Assembly (NCBI GenBank): GCA_039794845.1
Contig: JAUQVK010000112.1
Span: 1-64,000, forward strand
Reading direction: 5' to 3'
Origin: Thermostichus sp. DRC_bins_24
Lineage (GTDB): Bacteria > Cyanobacteriota > Cyanobacteriia > Thermostichales > Thermostichaceae
DNA length: 64,000 nt
Shown: positions 42,853-53,366 of the stretch, one piece after another
Layout of the letters: every line of letters begins with the position of its first letter
How positions within the stretch are numbered: position 1 is the first letter of the stretch
Translations under genes and position numbers: made by a program
The notes under the pieces: model-generated
What the model saw: only the letters and a program-made list of their open reading frames with translations
Told to the model about the DNA's origin: nothing
Database searches by the model: none

Positions 42853-43833
42853 ATGCAAGATCAGCTTCTCACCCTACAAAGCGAAGCGCTTGCCCAAGTG
42901 GAGCAAGCCGCCGACCTTGAGTCTCTAGAACAGTTGCGCATTGAATACCTGGGCAAAAAGGGCAAGCTCTCCAAAATCTTGGGGGGAATGGGAAAGCTGC
43001 CCCCAGAAGAACGACCCCTGGTCGGCGCTTTGGCCAACACCTTCAAAGAGGCCCTGCAGTCTAGCCTGGATCAACGCAAACAAGCCCTCAGCGAAGCCCA
43101 ACTGCTGAAGCGCCTGGAAGCAGAGCGGCTGGATGTCACCATGCCGGGATCCCGCCATCCCCTGGGGCGGATCCACCCTCTGCAGGCCACCATCGACCGC
43201 ATGCTGGATATTTTCGTGGGTATGGGCTACACAGTGGTGCACGGCCCCGAGATCGAGACGGAGTATTACAATTTTGAGGCCCTCAACACCCCTGCCGACC
43301 ATCCGGCGCGGGATATGCAGGATACCCTCTATCTGGAAAACGGCTACCTAATGCGTACCCAAACCTCTTCGGTTCAGGTGCGCTACATGGAGCAACACCA
43401 GCCCCCTCTGCGCATCGTGCATGCCGGACGGGTGATGCGCCGCGATACCGTCGATGCCACCCACTCGGCGGTGTTCCACCAGATGGAAATTTTGGCGGTG
43501 GGAGAAAACCTCACCTTCTCCGACTTGAAAGGCACCCTCAACGAATTCATCACCCGCCTGTTGGGCAAACGGGAAACCCGCTTTCGCCCCAGCTATTTTC
43601 CCTTCACGGAGCCGTCTGCCGAGATGGATGTGCGCTTTGGCTCAAAGTGGCTGGAAATATTTGGCTGCGGCATGGTTGACCCGAATGTGTTTCAAGCCGT
43701 CGGCTATGATCCGGAGCGCTACACCGGATTTGCCGCCGGGATCGGCATCGAACGGATGGCCATGCTTTTGCACGGCATTCAAGATATCCGCCTGTTTTAT
43801 ACCAGTGATCTGCGCTTTCTATCCCAGTTTTAG
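42853..43833 (+). CDS. pheS: Phenylalanine-tRNA ligase alpha subunit
   Basis: [27 protein letters not shown]. Confidence 0.99.
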   Translation: MQDQLLTLQSEALAQVEQAADLESLEQLRIEYLGKKGKLSKILGGMGKLPPEERPLVGALANTFKEALQSSLDQRKQALSEAQLLKRLEAERLDVTMPGSRHPLGRIHPLQATIDRMLDIFVGMGYTVVHGPEIETEYYNFEALNTPADHPARDMQDTLYLENGYLMRTQTSSVQVRYMEQHQPPLRIVHAGRVMRRDTVDATHSAVFHQMEILAVGENLTFSDLKGTLNEFITRLLGKRETRFRPSYFPFTEPSAEMDVRFGSKWLEIFGCGMVDPNVFQAVGYDPERYTGFAAGIGIERMAMLLHGIQDIRLFYTSDLRFLSQF

Positions 43834-43916
43834 GCGATGGCTTGGGATCCAGAAGGCCAGTCTCCGAAAAGGTTCAAAAGTGTAGAATGTTCAGGGATAT
43901 CCAGAAAAATCTCTGT

Positions 43917-44213
43917 TCAGGAGAAGGTCTGCTTATAGATCAGCTGCAGTTGCTCTAGAGCTTCTTTGCGGGCGGCGCGACGCATCAGGCGCATCTGTTC
44001 TTCGATCAATTGGCGAGCTTCGTTGCGGCTAATCGGATCAAAGACCAGCTCTTCCACGGTGGAGGGATCCGCATTGTTATCTGGGGAGCCGAAAGAAACC
44101 CGAAAAAAAAGCCTTTGGGCGTAAAGGGTCGTGAAAAGAGCCTGGTTTTCGTTGACTTGACACAGGCTGTAGAGCAGGCCAAAGGTGGGGTGATTTAGGT
44201 AAGACTCACTCAT
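43917..44213 (-). CDS. pipX: PII-interacting protein X
   Basis: MSESYLNHPTFGLLY, LFTTLYAQRLFF. Confidence 0.96.
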   Translation of the reverse strand: MSESYLNHPTFGLLYSLCQVNENQALFTTLYAQRLFFRVSFGSPDNNADPSTVEELVFDPISRNEARQLIEEQMRLMRRAARKEALEQLQLIYKQTFS

Positions 44214-44429
44214 GCTCAATAGCGTATCACCCTTGGAGGAGGAGGGAAGCTTTCCCTCGGCGTTGGGGGGTCGGAGTCCCTGGAATGGCATTGCCATGGC
44301 TTTCTGACTAAAGAATCAGATTATAAGTTCCATCCAACCCGATTTTTGTTCCCGCGACCCAATTTAACAAAGTTTTTAGTCCGGGGTTTATGCTGAAAGA
44401 GTGGATCCCTTTGTGGGTGTTTTCAACTT

Positions 44430-45359
44430 ATGCCCAGAACCTGTACAATCTATCGCCGTGCCCAATTTGCTGCCAGCCATCGTTATTGGCTGCCCGAGCT
44501 CTCGGAAGCCGAAAATTTTGCCCGATTCGGCCCAAATGCCCGTTTTCCCGGCCATGGACACAATTATGTGTTGCAGGTGGGCATGAGTGGCGAAGTAGAC
44601 GACTACGGCATGGTGTTAAACCTCTCGGAGGTGAAGCAGGTGATCCGGCAGCGGGTGATTCAAGATCTCAACTTTGCCTATCTCAATCAGGCTTGGCCGG
44701 AGTTTGCCCAAACCCTACCGACCACCGAATGGATTGCCCACACGATTTGGCAACGTTTGGCGGACGCGTTGCCTCTGATAAGCCTTCGTCTATACGAAGA
44801 TCCCGAGCTTTGGGCCGATTATCGAGGAGAAGACATGCAAGCCTATTTGACCGTCGCCACCCATTTCAGCGCTGCCCACCGGTTGGCCTTGGATCACCTC
44901 AGTTTGGAGGAAAACACCGAGATTTACGGCCTCTGCGCACGCCCCCACGGCCATGGCCACAACTACGGCCTGGAAATTACCGTCAAGGGATCCATCGACC
45001 CGCGCACGGGCATGATCGTGGACTTGGGGGCTCTGCAGCGGGTGATCGACCAATGGGTGGTGAAGCCCTTCGACCATACCTTCTTAAACAAAGACATCCC
45101 CTACTTCGCCCGGGTGGTGCCCACTGCCGAAAACATCGTCTTGCGCATCCAGCAGTTGTTGACCTTACCGATTCGGGAGCTGGGAGTACAGTTGCATCGC
45201 GTGTATTTGCAGGAAAGTCCCAACAACAGCAGCGAGGTGTACGGGGAATATCCCCTCGAGGAGTTGCTCACCGCCGCCGAAGGGATCCCCCAGGGAGAGC
45301 CCTTAGCCCCGCCAGCCTTTCGCGACAGCGGGCCGGAGGCCTTTGTTGGATCTCGCTAA
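44430..45359 (+). CDS. queD: 6-carboxytetrahydropterin synthase / PTPS, tandem-domain type
   Basis: FAASHRY...GHGHNY and FSAAHRL...HGHGHNY; PTTE and PTAEN. Confidence 0.88.
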   Translation: MPRTCTIYRRAQFAASHRYWLPELSEAENFARFGPNARFPGHGHNYVLQVGMSGEVDDYGMVLNLSEVKQVIRQRVIQDLNFAYLNQAWPEFAQTLPTTEWIAHTIWQRLADALPLISLRLYEDPELWADYRGEDMQAYLTVATHFSAAHRLALDHLSLEENTEIYGLCARPHGHGHNYGLEITVKGSIDPRTGMIVDLGALQRVIDQWVVKPFDHTFLNKDIPYFARVVPTAENIVLRIQQLLTLPIRELGVQLHRVYLQESPNNSSEVYGEYPLEELLTAAEGIPQGEPLAPPAFRDSGPEAFVGSR

Positions 45360-45361
45360 GT

Positions 45362-46555
45362 ATGCTGGATCTCGTGAAACTGAGTGGCCAAATCCCCGGC
45401 CTCACCCAGCACCTGCAACAGGAGTCGAAAGCCAGCCAAGAACGTCTGCGCCAAGCTCTGCAGGTGTTCGGGCGCCTACAGCAGGAGCCGCAGGTGTGGC
45501 AGTCTCGTCATGCCGAGTGGAGGGCACAGCTGTCCTTCATCTGTGCCAGTCCGGCGGAACCGCTGGAGAACTGGAGCCCCCCGCCCAAAGTTGAGCCCCT
45601 GAAGGGGCGACACACCGTGGTGGCCGCAGATGGATCCCAGATTGTGCCCAACCATCACGAGATCGCCTACTGCTCTCTAATTAATATCGGGCGGGTGGTC
45701 TTGCACTACGGCACCCAGCAATGGCCGCTGTTGGATAGCTTGCCGGTGTTGCTCTACCGGTCGGCAGAACTGCAGCACCGTGCTGGCTTAGGGACAGAGG
45801 AGGTTTTGGCTTTGCGGCGAACCCAAGCGGAGTGGGAGGAGTTGGCTCAGTTGGCCTTGGCCCTGCCCCGTCGCCGCCCCTGCTTGGCGTTGGTGGATGG
45901 GGCCTTGATCCCATGGGGCCTAGAGCCGCTCTCTGGGCAGGAGCAACGCCTGTGGTTGGATCCCCTCTTGGCGGTGCTAGAACGCCTACGGTTGGCCCGG
46001 ATCCCGTTGGTGGGGTATGTTAGCGCCTCTCGCAGCAGCGAAACGGTGAATTACCTGCGCCTTGGCCTTTGCCCCTATTTGGGGTGTGAGTGTCATCGCT
46101 ACTGCCCCCCCGGAACGGTTACCCCCTGTCAGCCGTTTGCGCCGTTGCCGGATCGGGTCTTTTGGGGATCCCTACTGCAGCCGGGGGAACGCAGCCCCCT
46201 CTGGCGCTGTGGGGCCAAGGTGTTGGATCCCTTCGGGGAGCACCATATTCACTGCTGTTACCTGAATGTGAGCCGGGGATCCCTGACGGAACCCGAGATT
46301 GCCCGATTGGAGTTTCCCGCCTGGGTTGCTGCGGATGAGGAATTGCTCAAGCGGGCCTTGGCGGGGGTGCTGAGCCAAGTCCAGAAGGGCTTCGGATACC
46401 CGGTGGCCTTGGCAGAAGCCCATCACTTGGCAGTGGTGCGCGGCGGGGATCGTCAACGATTTTTTGCCCTGATCGAGCAGGAACTGGTTCGTACGGGTCT
46501 GCGCAATGTAGCGGTGTCCCAGAAGGAAGCCCAGAAGCGGGGTGGGATTGCTTAG
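45362..46555 (+). CDS. NurA-domain nuclease
   Basis: AADGSQI-x-P-x-HH, LVDGAL, EIARLEFP, GFGYPVALAEAH. Confidence 0.88.
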   Translation: MLDLVKLSGQIPGLTQHLQQESKASQERLRQALQVFGRLQQEPQVWQSRHAEWRAQLSFICASPAEPLENWSPPPKVEPLKGRHTVVAADGSQIVPNHHEIAYCSLINIGRVVLHYGTQQWPLLDSLPVLLYRSAELQHRAGLGTEEVLALRRTQAEWEELAQLALALPRRRPCLALVDGALIPWGLEPLSGQEQRLWLDPLLAVLERLRLARIPLVGYVSASRSSETVNYLRLGLCPYLGCECHRYCPPGTVTPCQPFAPLPDRVFWGSLLQPGERSPLWRCGAKVLDPFGEHHIHCCYLNVSRGSLTEPEIARLEFPAWVAADEELLKRALAGVLSQVQKGFGYPVALAEAHHLAVVRGGDRQRFFALIEQELVRTGLRNVAVSQKEAQKRGGIA

Positions 46556-46560
46556 CAGCC

Positions 46561-46860
46561 TTGACATTCTCCCCGCCCTCAGGACGAGGCTTTTTTCTTG
46601 GCCCTACTTGATCAGTTTGGTTGGCGGGACCCCGTCGGCAGCACTCAAGGAGTCTGTTTTAGAGTCGTTGCAATTAAGGCTGAAACAGCCCCCTCACCCC
46701 CGGCCCCTCTCCCAGAGCGGGAGAGGGGGGTCAGAGAGTGTATCGTTCTCATTTGGAGTGACTATAGAATCATCAGAATCACCTTCCGAATCAAACCGAA
46801 ATCTGGAGATCTCTCGACATCGGATCCTCCTCACCGCGCCCTAGAGGGTAAGGCCCGTCG
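46561..46860 (-). mobile_element. Non-autonomous IS200/IS605 derivative containing a nested MITE
   Basis: Minus-strand right end GCCTCGTCCTGAGGGCGGGGAGAATGTCAA; related hairpin GCCTTACCCTCTAGGGCGCGGTGAGGA at the other end. Confidence 0.68.
46660..46766 (-). mobile_element. MITE family 2, copy B
   Basis: TA-GAGTC...GACTA-TA ends; internal CCCCTCTCCC/GGGAGAGGGG hairpin. Confidence 0.82.
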
Positions 46861-46876
46861 ATGATCTGGGATCTAG

Positions 46877-48484
46877 TCAGAGCAAGGGCAATTGTCGGCT
46901 AATGCGCACCATCGGCCCCAGCCCCAATCCCGTCGGGCTCAATGCCTGCATTTCAAACAGGGCCAAGATGTGCCGCATCTGCAACTCCGGTCGCACGGAA
47001 GTTACCCCCATGGCCACCACCAAACCACAATAGCCACCCGTATCGCGGCAGCGCCGTTCCCAGCGTTTGCGAGCCATGGAGTGGATGGGGTCATCTTCGG
47101 GAAACTCCCCGAACAAGTGTAGGTCGCGGTTGCCCGTCTGCACAATTTCTAGGTCGTAACGGTCGCCACCGAAGGGATCCACCCCCGTATTGAAACAAAC
47201 CCCCTGGGGCCCACCTTCCCCGCGCAGATTCTCGATGAGTTGCTTCGCCTTGGGTCGGGAGGTACGCACGATCACCACAGGCAGCCCTTCGCCACTCTCC
47301 ACCAGCTTGCTTTCGGGGAGTGGATGCAATTGCCCCATCAGCCGCAGCGCCTCTACCGTTGTCCAGGGCAAGACCCCCAAACCCAGTTGGGCCCCCTCGG
47401 GTACCAAATCATCCCGCAGCAGAGTTTGGGTGGATGCTTCGGTCGCCTCTCCCAACTCCAGCAGGTCTTCAGCCAAGTCTGGCAGGGTTCGTACCTGTAC
47501 CCAGAGGGTTGTCCCTTTCGCCTGGGGATGAGGAATGCGATACCGCCCCTGACAGGGTTGAAAGTCCTCCTCGAGCTTGCGGCGATGTTGCCTGAGAAAG
47601 CGATGCAACGCTTCCAAGGCCACCAACAAGATTGCTGCCTCATCTTCCTGTAGGGCAGAACGCAAGCCCTCCAGAGGGTGGATAGTACCGAAGTTCGGCT
47701 CAATGGCATCCGGATCCAACTCCGCCAAGTCCAGATCCGGCAGCTCGTTCAGCTCAGGATTGCGAGCCTGAAAGGTAAGGTAGAGGCAATCCTGCTTGAG
47801 GAAGGCTTCTTCCATTTCTTCTGGGCTATCCGGCTGGCCCGCATCCTGGCGAAACTGCTTGAGGGAATGCAGCGAGCGGTAAAACAGCACCCCATACTCC
47901 ATGCCCAGCCGCCCCATCACCGAGACGTAGAGGGTTTCCAGATCCCACCGGTTTAGCTCGATGGCCAGAACCTGGTGATCTTCTAGGTAATCCCAGGGGG
48001 CATCCTGCCAAAGGGTGAGGGCCTTGTTGGTCAGTGGCTCCGCGTAGGTTTCCGGCAGGGGGGGAGGGATCCGCTCATTGGCTTCTTCGAAGCTCTGGAG
48101 AATTTCATCGATCAGGGGCAAGTCCGGCTGACACTCCACCTTAATGTCCAGCTCGTGCAAAACGCCGCGCAAGAAAAACTGCACCTCCCGATCGCGCACG
48201 ATGATCTTCTGGGGACGGGCAGGTGAAGCTGCATGGGGTCGCTCCATCGCCAAAATTAGGGTGCGCACCATCGGCTCAATGCCGGAGCGAGGGGGCACCA
48301 CTTCCATGGCCCGTACCACGCCCTGAATGCCGTCCACCCACAGGATGCACTCCCCTTCTGTGGAACCCGACTGGGATCCCATGCGGAGTCGTCCCGAGAG
48401 GCTGTGTCGATCCCCTTCCCACACCGATGGCACCTGGGGCAACTTTTGTAAGCGACGAACCGTAGCGGCGGGGAGACCGGACAT
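46877..48484 (-). CDS. Conserved cyanobacterial hypothetical protein (DUF6930-like)
   Basis: Long ORF; RRLQKLPQ...VWEGDR, ECILWVDG, VMGRLGMEYG. Confidence 0.8.
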   Translation of the reverse strand: MSGLPAATVRRLQKLPQVPSVWEGDRHSLSGRLRMGSQSGSTEGECILWVDGIQGVVRAMEVVPPRSGIEPMVRTLILAMERPHAASPARPQKIIVRDREVQFFLRGVLHELDIKVECQPDLPLIDEILQSFEEANERIPPPLPETYAEPLTNKALTLWQDAPWDYLEDHQVLAIELNRWDLETLYVSVMGRLGMEYGVLFYRSLHSLKQFRQDAGQPDSPEEMEEAFLKQDCLYLTFQARNPELNELPDLDLAELDPDAIEPNFGTIHPLEGLRSALQEDEAAILLVALEALHRFLRQHRRKLEEDFQPCQGRYRIPHPQAKGTTLWVQVRTLPDLAEDLLELGEATEASTQTLLRDDLVPEGAQLGLGVLPWTTVEALRLMGQLHPLPESKLVESGEGLPVVIVRTSRPKAKQLIENLRGEGGPQGVCFNTGVDPFGGDRYDLEIVQTGNRDLHLFGEFPEDDPIHSMARKRWERRCRDTGGYCGLVVAMGVTSVRPELQMRHILALFEMQALSPTGLGLGPMVRISRQLPLL

Positions 48485-48781
48485 AGACATCCAAAGAAAA
48501 CAAGAGAACAACCCATGGATCAGCACACTGCAACCAGGGATCGGCCTTGGCCATTTTGGCAGCAAGACCAAGGGATCTCGCTGGCTTAATCACCAGTGTA
48601 GGAGCTGAGCCCCTCTTCAGCGATAGGAGATGGCCTGGCTCTGGGGTGGTATGGAAAACGGATCCCCCATGAAACCGGCATATCACTGTCGCACTATTGT
48701 CGCACTGTAGGCAGCTGTTGACGGGAGCAAGGGGTAACCCGTCCCATGCCTGGATAGCTTATGCTGTAAAGCTCTTGCTGA

Positions 48782-48854
48782 AGCTGATGGTCAGATTCGA
48801 ACTGACGACCGCTCGATTACAAGTCGAGTGCTCTACCAACTGAGCTACACCAGC
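48782..48854 (-). tRNA. trnT: tRNA-Thr(UGU), CCA not encoded
   Basis: GCTGGTG/CATCAGC acceptor stem, TAGCTCAGTTGGTAGAGC D arm, CTTGTAA anticodon loop, GTTCGAA T loop. Confidence 0.98.
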
Positions 48855-48992
48855 GATTTAGGCTTATCGATCTTAGCACTCCCTTCCCTACTCTTATCCT
48901 CTGACCTTACTCAAGCCCTTGCTTCTCTTCACGTAGGAGCCAGAGTGAGGGGCTCCGTCCCGCCGGGCAAAACGTCGGAAAAGGCTCTAGCC

Positions 48993-49367
48993 CTACCGTT
49001 CCTCGGGAAATCCGGCTTCCCGCCAGCCCCGTATTCCGCCATCCATAGAGATCACTTTCCGGTATCCCATCTTTCTCAGGTTGTCTGCTGCCAAGGCGGA
49101 GCGAAACCCACCCCCACAGTAGAGAATGATTTCTGCCTCTTTATCAGGGATGGCCGTTTCGATATCCCGCTCGATGATCCCTTTGCCCAAGTGCATGGCT
49201 CCCGCGGCATGGCCCGCCTGCCATTCCGACTCCTCCCGCACATCCACAAAATAAAAGGGATCCCCTTGCAGTTGCTTCTGTCGTACCTGCTGAACCGTCA
49301 GTTCTTGAATGCGGCTTTTGGCATCGTTGACCAAGGCCAAAAACGCAGGGGAGTGCTGAGGGGCCAT
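48993..49367 (-). CDS. Single-domain rhodanese/sulfurtransferase
   Basis: DVREESEW, GH, YCGGGFRS, MDGGIRGW. Confidence 0.93.
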   Translation of the reverse strand: MAPQHSPAFLALVNDAKSRIQELTVQQVRQKQLQGDPFYFVDVREESEWQAGHAAGAMHLGKGIIERDIETAIPDKEAEIILYCGGGFRSALAADNLRKMGYRKVISMDGGIRGWREAGFPEER

Positions 49368-49452
49368 AGGGAACTCTCAAAAAAGAGGGACACATCGCAA
49401 GCCAAAGTTCGGCTCACCTCCTGGATCTTAAACGGCGCAAGGCTAGACTGGG

Positions 49453-50373
49453 ATGCAGATTTGCCTGCTGGAGGCCCACGGTTTGAGATCCCCCTTTGCC
49501 CTTTCCCCACTGCTCTGGCCCCTTGCCTCTGCCCTCTGTCTGGGGATCCCGTTGATGGGTGCCGGTGCTGCCCTGGCTCAGCCTGCCCCCACACAATTGG
49601 AAGGTGGGATCCAACGCCAAGTATCCAGTTCTCCGCCTGCTCCTTTGGTGGAATGGCTCAACCGGCAGATCGAAGCGGCCAACCGCCGCGATTTGGAAGG
49701 GGTGATGGCCACCTACAGCCCTGAGTTTCATCATCGGGATGGCTTGGATCGAGAAGCAGTGAAGCGCTCCATCCAGAAGCTCTGGGAAAACCACCCCGAT
49801 CTCACCTACTCCGCTCAAATTGTGTCTTGGCGGCAGGTGGGCCCCGATATCATTGCCGATGTGGCGAGCCAACTGGAGGGATCCCAAACTTCGGTGCGGG
49901 GCGACTTTCAAGTAGAAGCCTCCACGCTGGTGCGCAATCGCTATCGCCCAGATCCCGCCAATCCTGAACAACTGCTGTTGATCGACCAGGAAGTGTTGCG
50001 GGAAGCGAGCACCCTCACCTCCGGCTCGGCCCCGCCCACGGTCACCTTCAACTTGCCGGATGTGGTCAAGCCCGGCTCCACCTATTCTTTGCAGGCAATT
50101 GTGGCAGAACCCCTGACCCGCTCGCTGCTTTTGGGGGCGGTGACGGAACAACCCATTACCCCCTCCGGCTACCCGGAAGTTACCTCGTTTCCCCTCGAAC
50201 CGTTGCAGGCAGGGGGCATTTTCCGTCAGGCGGATGCCCCGAAGGAACCCGGTGCAGAGTGGATTTCCGTGATGCTGGTGAATCAAACGGGCATTACCCT
50301 GGAGAGCCGTCGTCTCACCGTCAGCGACCGCTTGGCCCTAGAGGGATCCCTGGCTGCCCCTGCCAATCCTTAA
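49453..50373 (+). CDS. Exported NTF2/SnoaL-like protein
   Basis: Signal peptide; AANRRDLEGVMATYSPEF; AGGIFR. Confidence 0.8.
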   Translation: MQICLLEAHGLRSPFALSPLLWPLASALCLGIPLMGAGAALAQPAPTQLEGGIQRQVSSSPPAPLVEWLNRQIEAANRRDLEGVMATYSPEFHHRDGLDREAVKRSIQKLWENHPDLTYSAQIVSWRQVGPDIIADVASQLEGSQTSVRGDFQVEASTLVRNRYRPDPANPEQLLLIDQEVLREASTLTSGSAPPTVTFNLPDVVKPGSTYSLQAIVAEPLTRSLLLGAVTEQPITPSGYPEVTSFPLEPLQAGGIFRQADAPKEPGAEWISVMLVNQTGITLESRRLTVSDRLALEGSLAAPANP

Positions 50374-50600
50374 AGAATCTTCACAAGACGGGGAATGCCT
50401 TCGGGGTAACCTAAGCTGTCAGTTGTGCTTGTGAAGGTGCGCCAGGGTTGGGCGCATAAGGCGGTAAACTATGCATGCTTCGGTTCGCCTGCTCTGCTTT
50501 TTGGTGTTGGGTCTGTTCTTGGTCGGTTGCAGCGGTGGCAACTCTGTAGGTGCGCCGGTGGTGGATCGGCAAACCCCCACACCTGGAGGCAGTTGATCCC

Positions 50601-51638
50601 TCACCCTCCAGAGCCCAGCGCTTCCTCAACCGTGATGGTGACCAAGGGTTGACCCTGAAAGGCGGTGCCGGTTTGCTGTCGGCGGAAGTGGTTCCGAGCC
50701 ATCTCATAAGCCCGACCGGATAGGGGCAAGAAGCGCACCAACGGGATCCAGCGCTCCGGCTCACTTAGATACGCCTCAATGAAATCTCCGATTTGGGGTT
50801 TCTCCGCCAAAGAATCCGTATTGATATACAGCAGCAGAGGGCGGCTAAGGGGGCGATATTCCAAGCTGCGGATGGTCTCTAATTTGGGAAAAATCGGGCC
50901 GCGTCCGCTATCGAGGGGAATGGGCTTGAGATCTTCCCAATGGCGCAGGTAATTGCCAATGTCAAAAAAACCCAAGGCATCGGGATCGTTGCTAATTTCT
51001 TCTACCAAAAACTCCAGATCTTCACTGGCCACATAATCGATGCGGCTGGATCCCGCTTCTCCAACCACAACTTGCGTGAAGTAATCGTAAGTACCCGAAT
51101 CTTGACCACGGCCATACAAATTCAACGGGCGATCCGGCCAACCAGAGCGTACCTGTGACCAGCGGGTGATCTGGCCTTCGGCAGCAGGCTCCCAAATCTT
51201 CTTGAGTTCTTGCAGGGTGATGTCATTTGCCCAAGCATTATTGGGGTGAGCCACAATGGAAATGGCATCCATCGCAACAGGGATCTCGATGTATTCGATG
51301 CCATTTAACTCACAGAGGGCCATCTCTTCTCGGATAATCGGTCGAGAGGCATTTTGAATATCGGTTTCTCCCTCACAAAACTTGCGGAAACCTGCTCTTG
51401 TCCCGGAAAAATTGAGCTTGATTTCAGCTGCTTGACGATTGTTGCGGCGATAACGCCGAATAGCTGAGTCTGTCAGTGGGTAAACGGTACTGGATCCGTC
51501 GATCACAATGGTGCTGTTGGTCTGAGCGGAACCATAATGGGCCAAAACAAGGGTGAAAAGACTGCCTAGCAAAAGCGCGATGAGCATGATCCCTGCAGTG
51601 GCAGAGCGCCCCATGCGGCGAAAAAGTGACGTGAGCAT
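50601..51638 (-). CDS. pstS: PstS family phosphate-binding protein
   Basis: [34 protein letters not shown]. Confidence 0.88.
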   Translation of the reverse strand: MLTSLFRRMGRSATAGIMLIALLLGSLFTLVLAHYGSAQTNSTIVIDGSSTVYPLTDSAIRRYRRNNRQAAEIKLNFSGTRAGFRKFCEGETDIQNASRPIIREEMALCELNGIEYIEIPVAMDAISIVAHPNNAWANDITLQELKKIWEPAAEGQITRWSQVRSGWPDRPLNLYGRGQDSGTYDYFTQVVVGEAGSSRIDYVASEDLEFLVEEISNDPDALGFFDIGNYLRHWEDLKPIPLDSGRGPIFPKLETIRSLEYRPLSRPLLLYINTDSLAEKPQIGDFIEAYLSEPERWIPLVRFLPLSGRAYEMARNHFRRQQTGTAFQGQPLVTITVEEALGSGG

Positions 51639-51689
51639 CGTCCGTATTCCCTCAGGAAATGTATTCACAAAGAACAACTGAATTTGAAC

Positions 51690-51962
51690 TTAGCGATTGA
51701 TCAATTTCTTGAGACTGTCTCGCAGATTATGCAACACCTCATCGATGAGGGATTTCAGATCCTGCCAGGCTTCATCGGTGGCCTTTGCCAAGTCTTCTGA
51801 GCGGATTTGTGCCGATTGCAGATGGTGTTCTAGTCGCTCAATTTCCTCATGTTGAGCTGCCTCACGAGCCTCCTGATACTTGGCCTTGAGATTCTCCAAA
51901 ACCTGCTTGGCTTCTACAATCTGTTGTTCCAAATGATGGAGATATTCTGTCTTAGAATTCAT
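51690..51962 (-). CDS. Small coiled-coil protein (sll1863-like)
   Basis: GGAG RBS; helical, with ATDEAWQDLK. Confidence 0.7.
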   Translation of the reverse strand: MNSKTEYLHHLEQQIVEAKQVLENLKAKYQEAREAAQHEEIERLEHHLQSAQIRSEDLAKATDEAWQDLKSLIDEVLHNLRDSLKKLINR

Positions 51963-51999
51963 TTCATCTCTTCTCCAGTGGATGGGAATAGCTATCCAT

Positions 52000-52105
52000 T
52001 ACAGCCTTTCCACTAGTCACCTACAACTGTAGAAGCCGAGGCTTTTCCTTCCAGTTGACTTAAGAAGTGCAAGTCTTGTTCTAGAAAATCCGCGCAAAGG
52101 CTGTA
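52000..52105 (-). mobile_element. MITE family 1, copy C (diverged, internally deleted)
   Basis: TACAGCCTTT...AAAGGCTGTA ends; reverse complement aligns to copy B. Confidence 0.78.
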
Positions 52106-52155
52106 ACTGTGCTTGTCAAGTTGGCTCAAATGACCTTTCGCCAGACCGTAGGCCC

Positions 52156-53334
52156 TTAGAACAACAGCGAGATGCCCAAACATACAGCGGGCAGCAGGAA
52201 GAAAACCCCGATCACGTAGATCAGCGCCACAATTTTGTGTTCGCTTGCCGCCTTTGCCAAAGCTTCCGCACCCAAGACTGGCAATTGCCGCAAGGGTTGA
52301 ATGCCAAGCAAAAACGGGATCCCGAAAATGAGGATCACACCCAAAAAGTTAAACAAGAAGTGAACCACCGCAATCTCAAGAGCAGGCAAGGCCGTGGCCC
52401 CGGTTACCGCTGTTGCTGCCAGAAGGGCGGTGACACAGGTGCCCACATTAGCGCCCAAAGTAAAAGGGTAGATCTCCACCAAGCCAAACACCCCTGATCC
52501 GGCCAAGGGAACCATCAAGCTGGTGGTGGTGGAAGACGACTGCACCAAAATCGTCATCAGGGTACCAGAGGCAATGCCCATCAAAGGGCCACGCCCAATG
52601 GCGGTATGCAAAATATCTTTGGCTTTACCCACCAACAAATTCTTCAGCAGTTTGCCCACGTAGTAAATGGAGAAGAAAATCAGGATGATGCCCAAAAGAA
52701 TTTGCAGGATGCCGTTCAAGGGTGCAGGGAAAAAGTTGGTTCCCCCCGTGATCAGCTTAGCGGTGGGGGCAGTAGCAAATCCAACGAAGTTTAGCCCCTT
52801 CATACTCAGGGATCCCTCGCCGACAAACACGGATCCGAGAGCCAAACTGAGTCTTTCTAAGGGGTGGAACAAAATCTCGAGGGGCAAGAAAATCATGACG
52901 GCGATGAGGTTGAACATGTCCAACACCGTGGCTGCCGAAAACGCTCGTCGAAACTCTTCTTTATCGGCCACATGTCCGGCACTGACCAAGGTATTGGTGA
53001 TCGAGGTGCCGATGTTGGCTCCCATGATCATGGGAATGGCAGTAGCGACGGGCAATCCTCCAGCCACTAAGCCGACCACAATTGAAGTCGTGGTACTCGA
53101 TGACTGAATCAGGGCTGTGGCTACCGTACCGACAATCAAACCCAAGAAAGGATTGGTGGCAAAGGCAAATAGGGCATTGGCCTGTGTTCCAAGGGCCACC
53201 TTAAAGCCAGAACCGATCACACTTACCGCAACGATCAACAAATAGATAAGCGCCAAAACGCTGAGCCAACTGAAAAAGGGCTTTTGACCTGTCTCAGCCA
53301 GAGGGGGTAAGGCTGCTGCTTGATCACCACTCAT
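52156..53334 (-). CDS. nptA: Na+/phosphate symporter (SLC34/NptA family)
   Basis: Two QSSSTTTS repeats with GANIGTS and GANVGT. Confidence 0.92.
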   Translation of the reverse strand: MSGDQAAALPPLAETGQKPFFSWLSVLALIYLLIVAVSVIGSGFKVALGTQANALFAFATNPFLGLIVGTVATALIQSSSTTTSIVVGLVAGGLPVATAIPMIMGANIGTSITNTLVSAGHVADKEEFRRAFSAATVLDMFNLIAVMIFLPLEILFHPLERLSLALGSVFVGEGSLSMKGLNFVGFATAPTAKLITGGTNFFPAPLNGILQILLGIILIFFSIYYVGKLLKNLLVGKAKDILHTAIGRGPLMGIASGTLMTILVQSSSTTTSLMVPLAGSGVFGLVEIYPFTLGANVGTCVTALLAATAVTGATALPALEIAVVHFLFNFLGVILIFGIPFLLGIQPLRQLPVLGAEALAKAASEHKIVALIYVIGVFFLLPAVCLGISLLF

Positions 53335-53366
53335 AAATAAAAAGTCTTAATTCTAAGATCTCTGTG

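Noticed and set aside
44390..46555. 721-aa ORF from the ORF track
   Set aside because: Its first half is an off-frame overlap of queD; the NurA-like protein starts at ATG 45362
50411..50764. Short ORFs between the NTF2-like gene and pstS
   Set aside because: They overlap pstS or lack RBS and motifs
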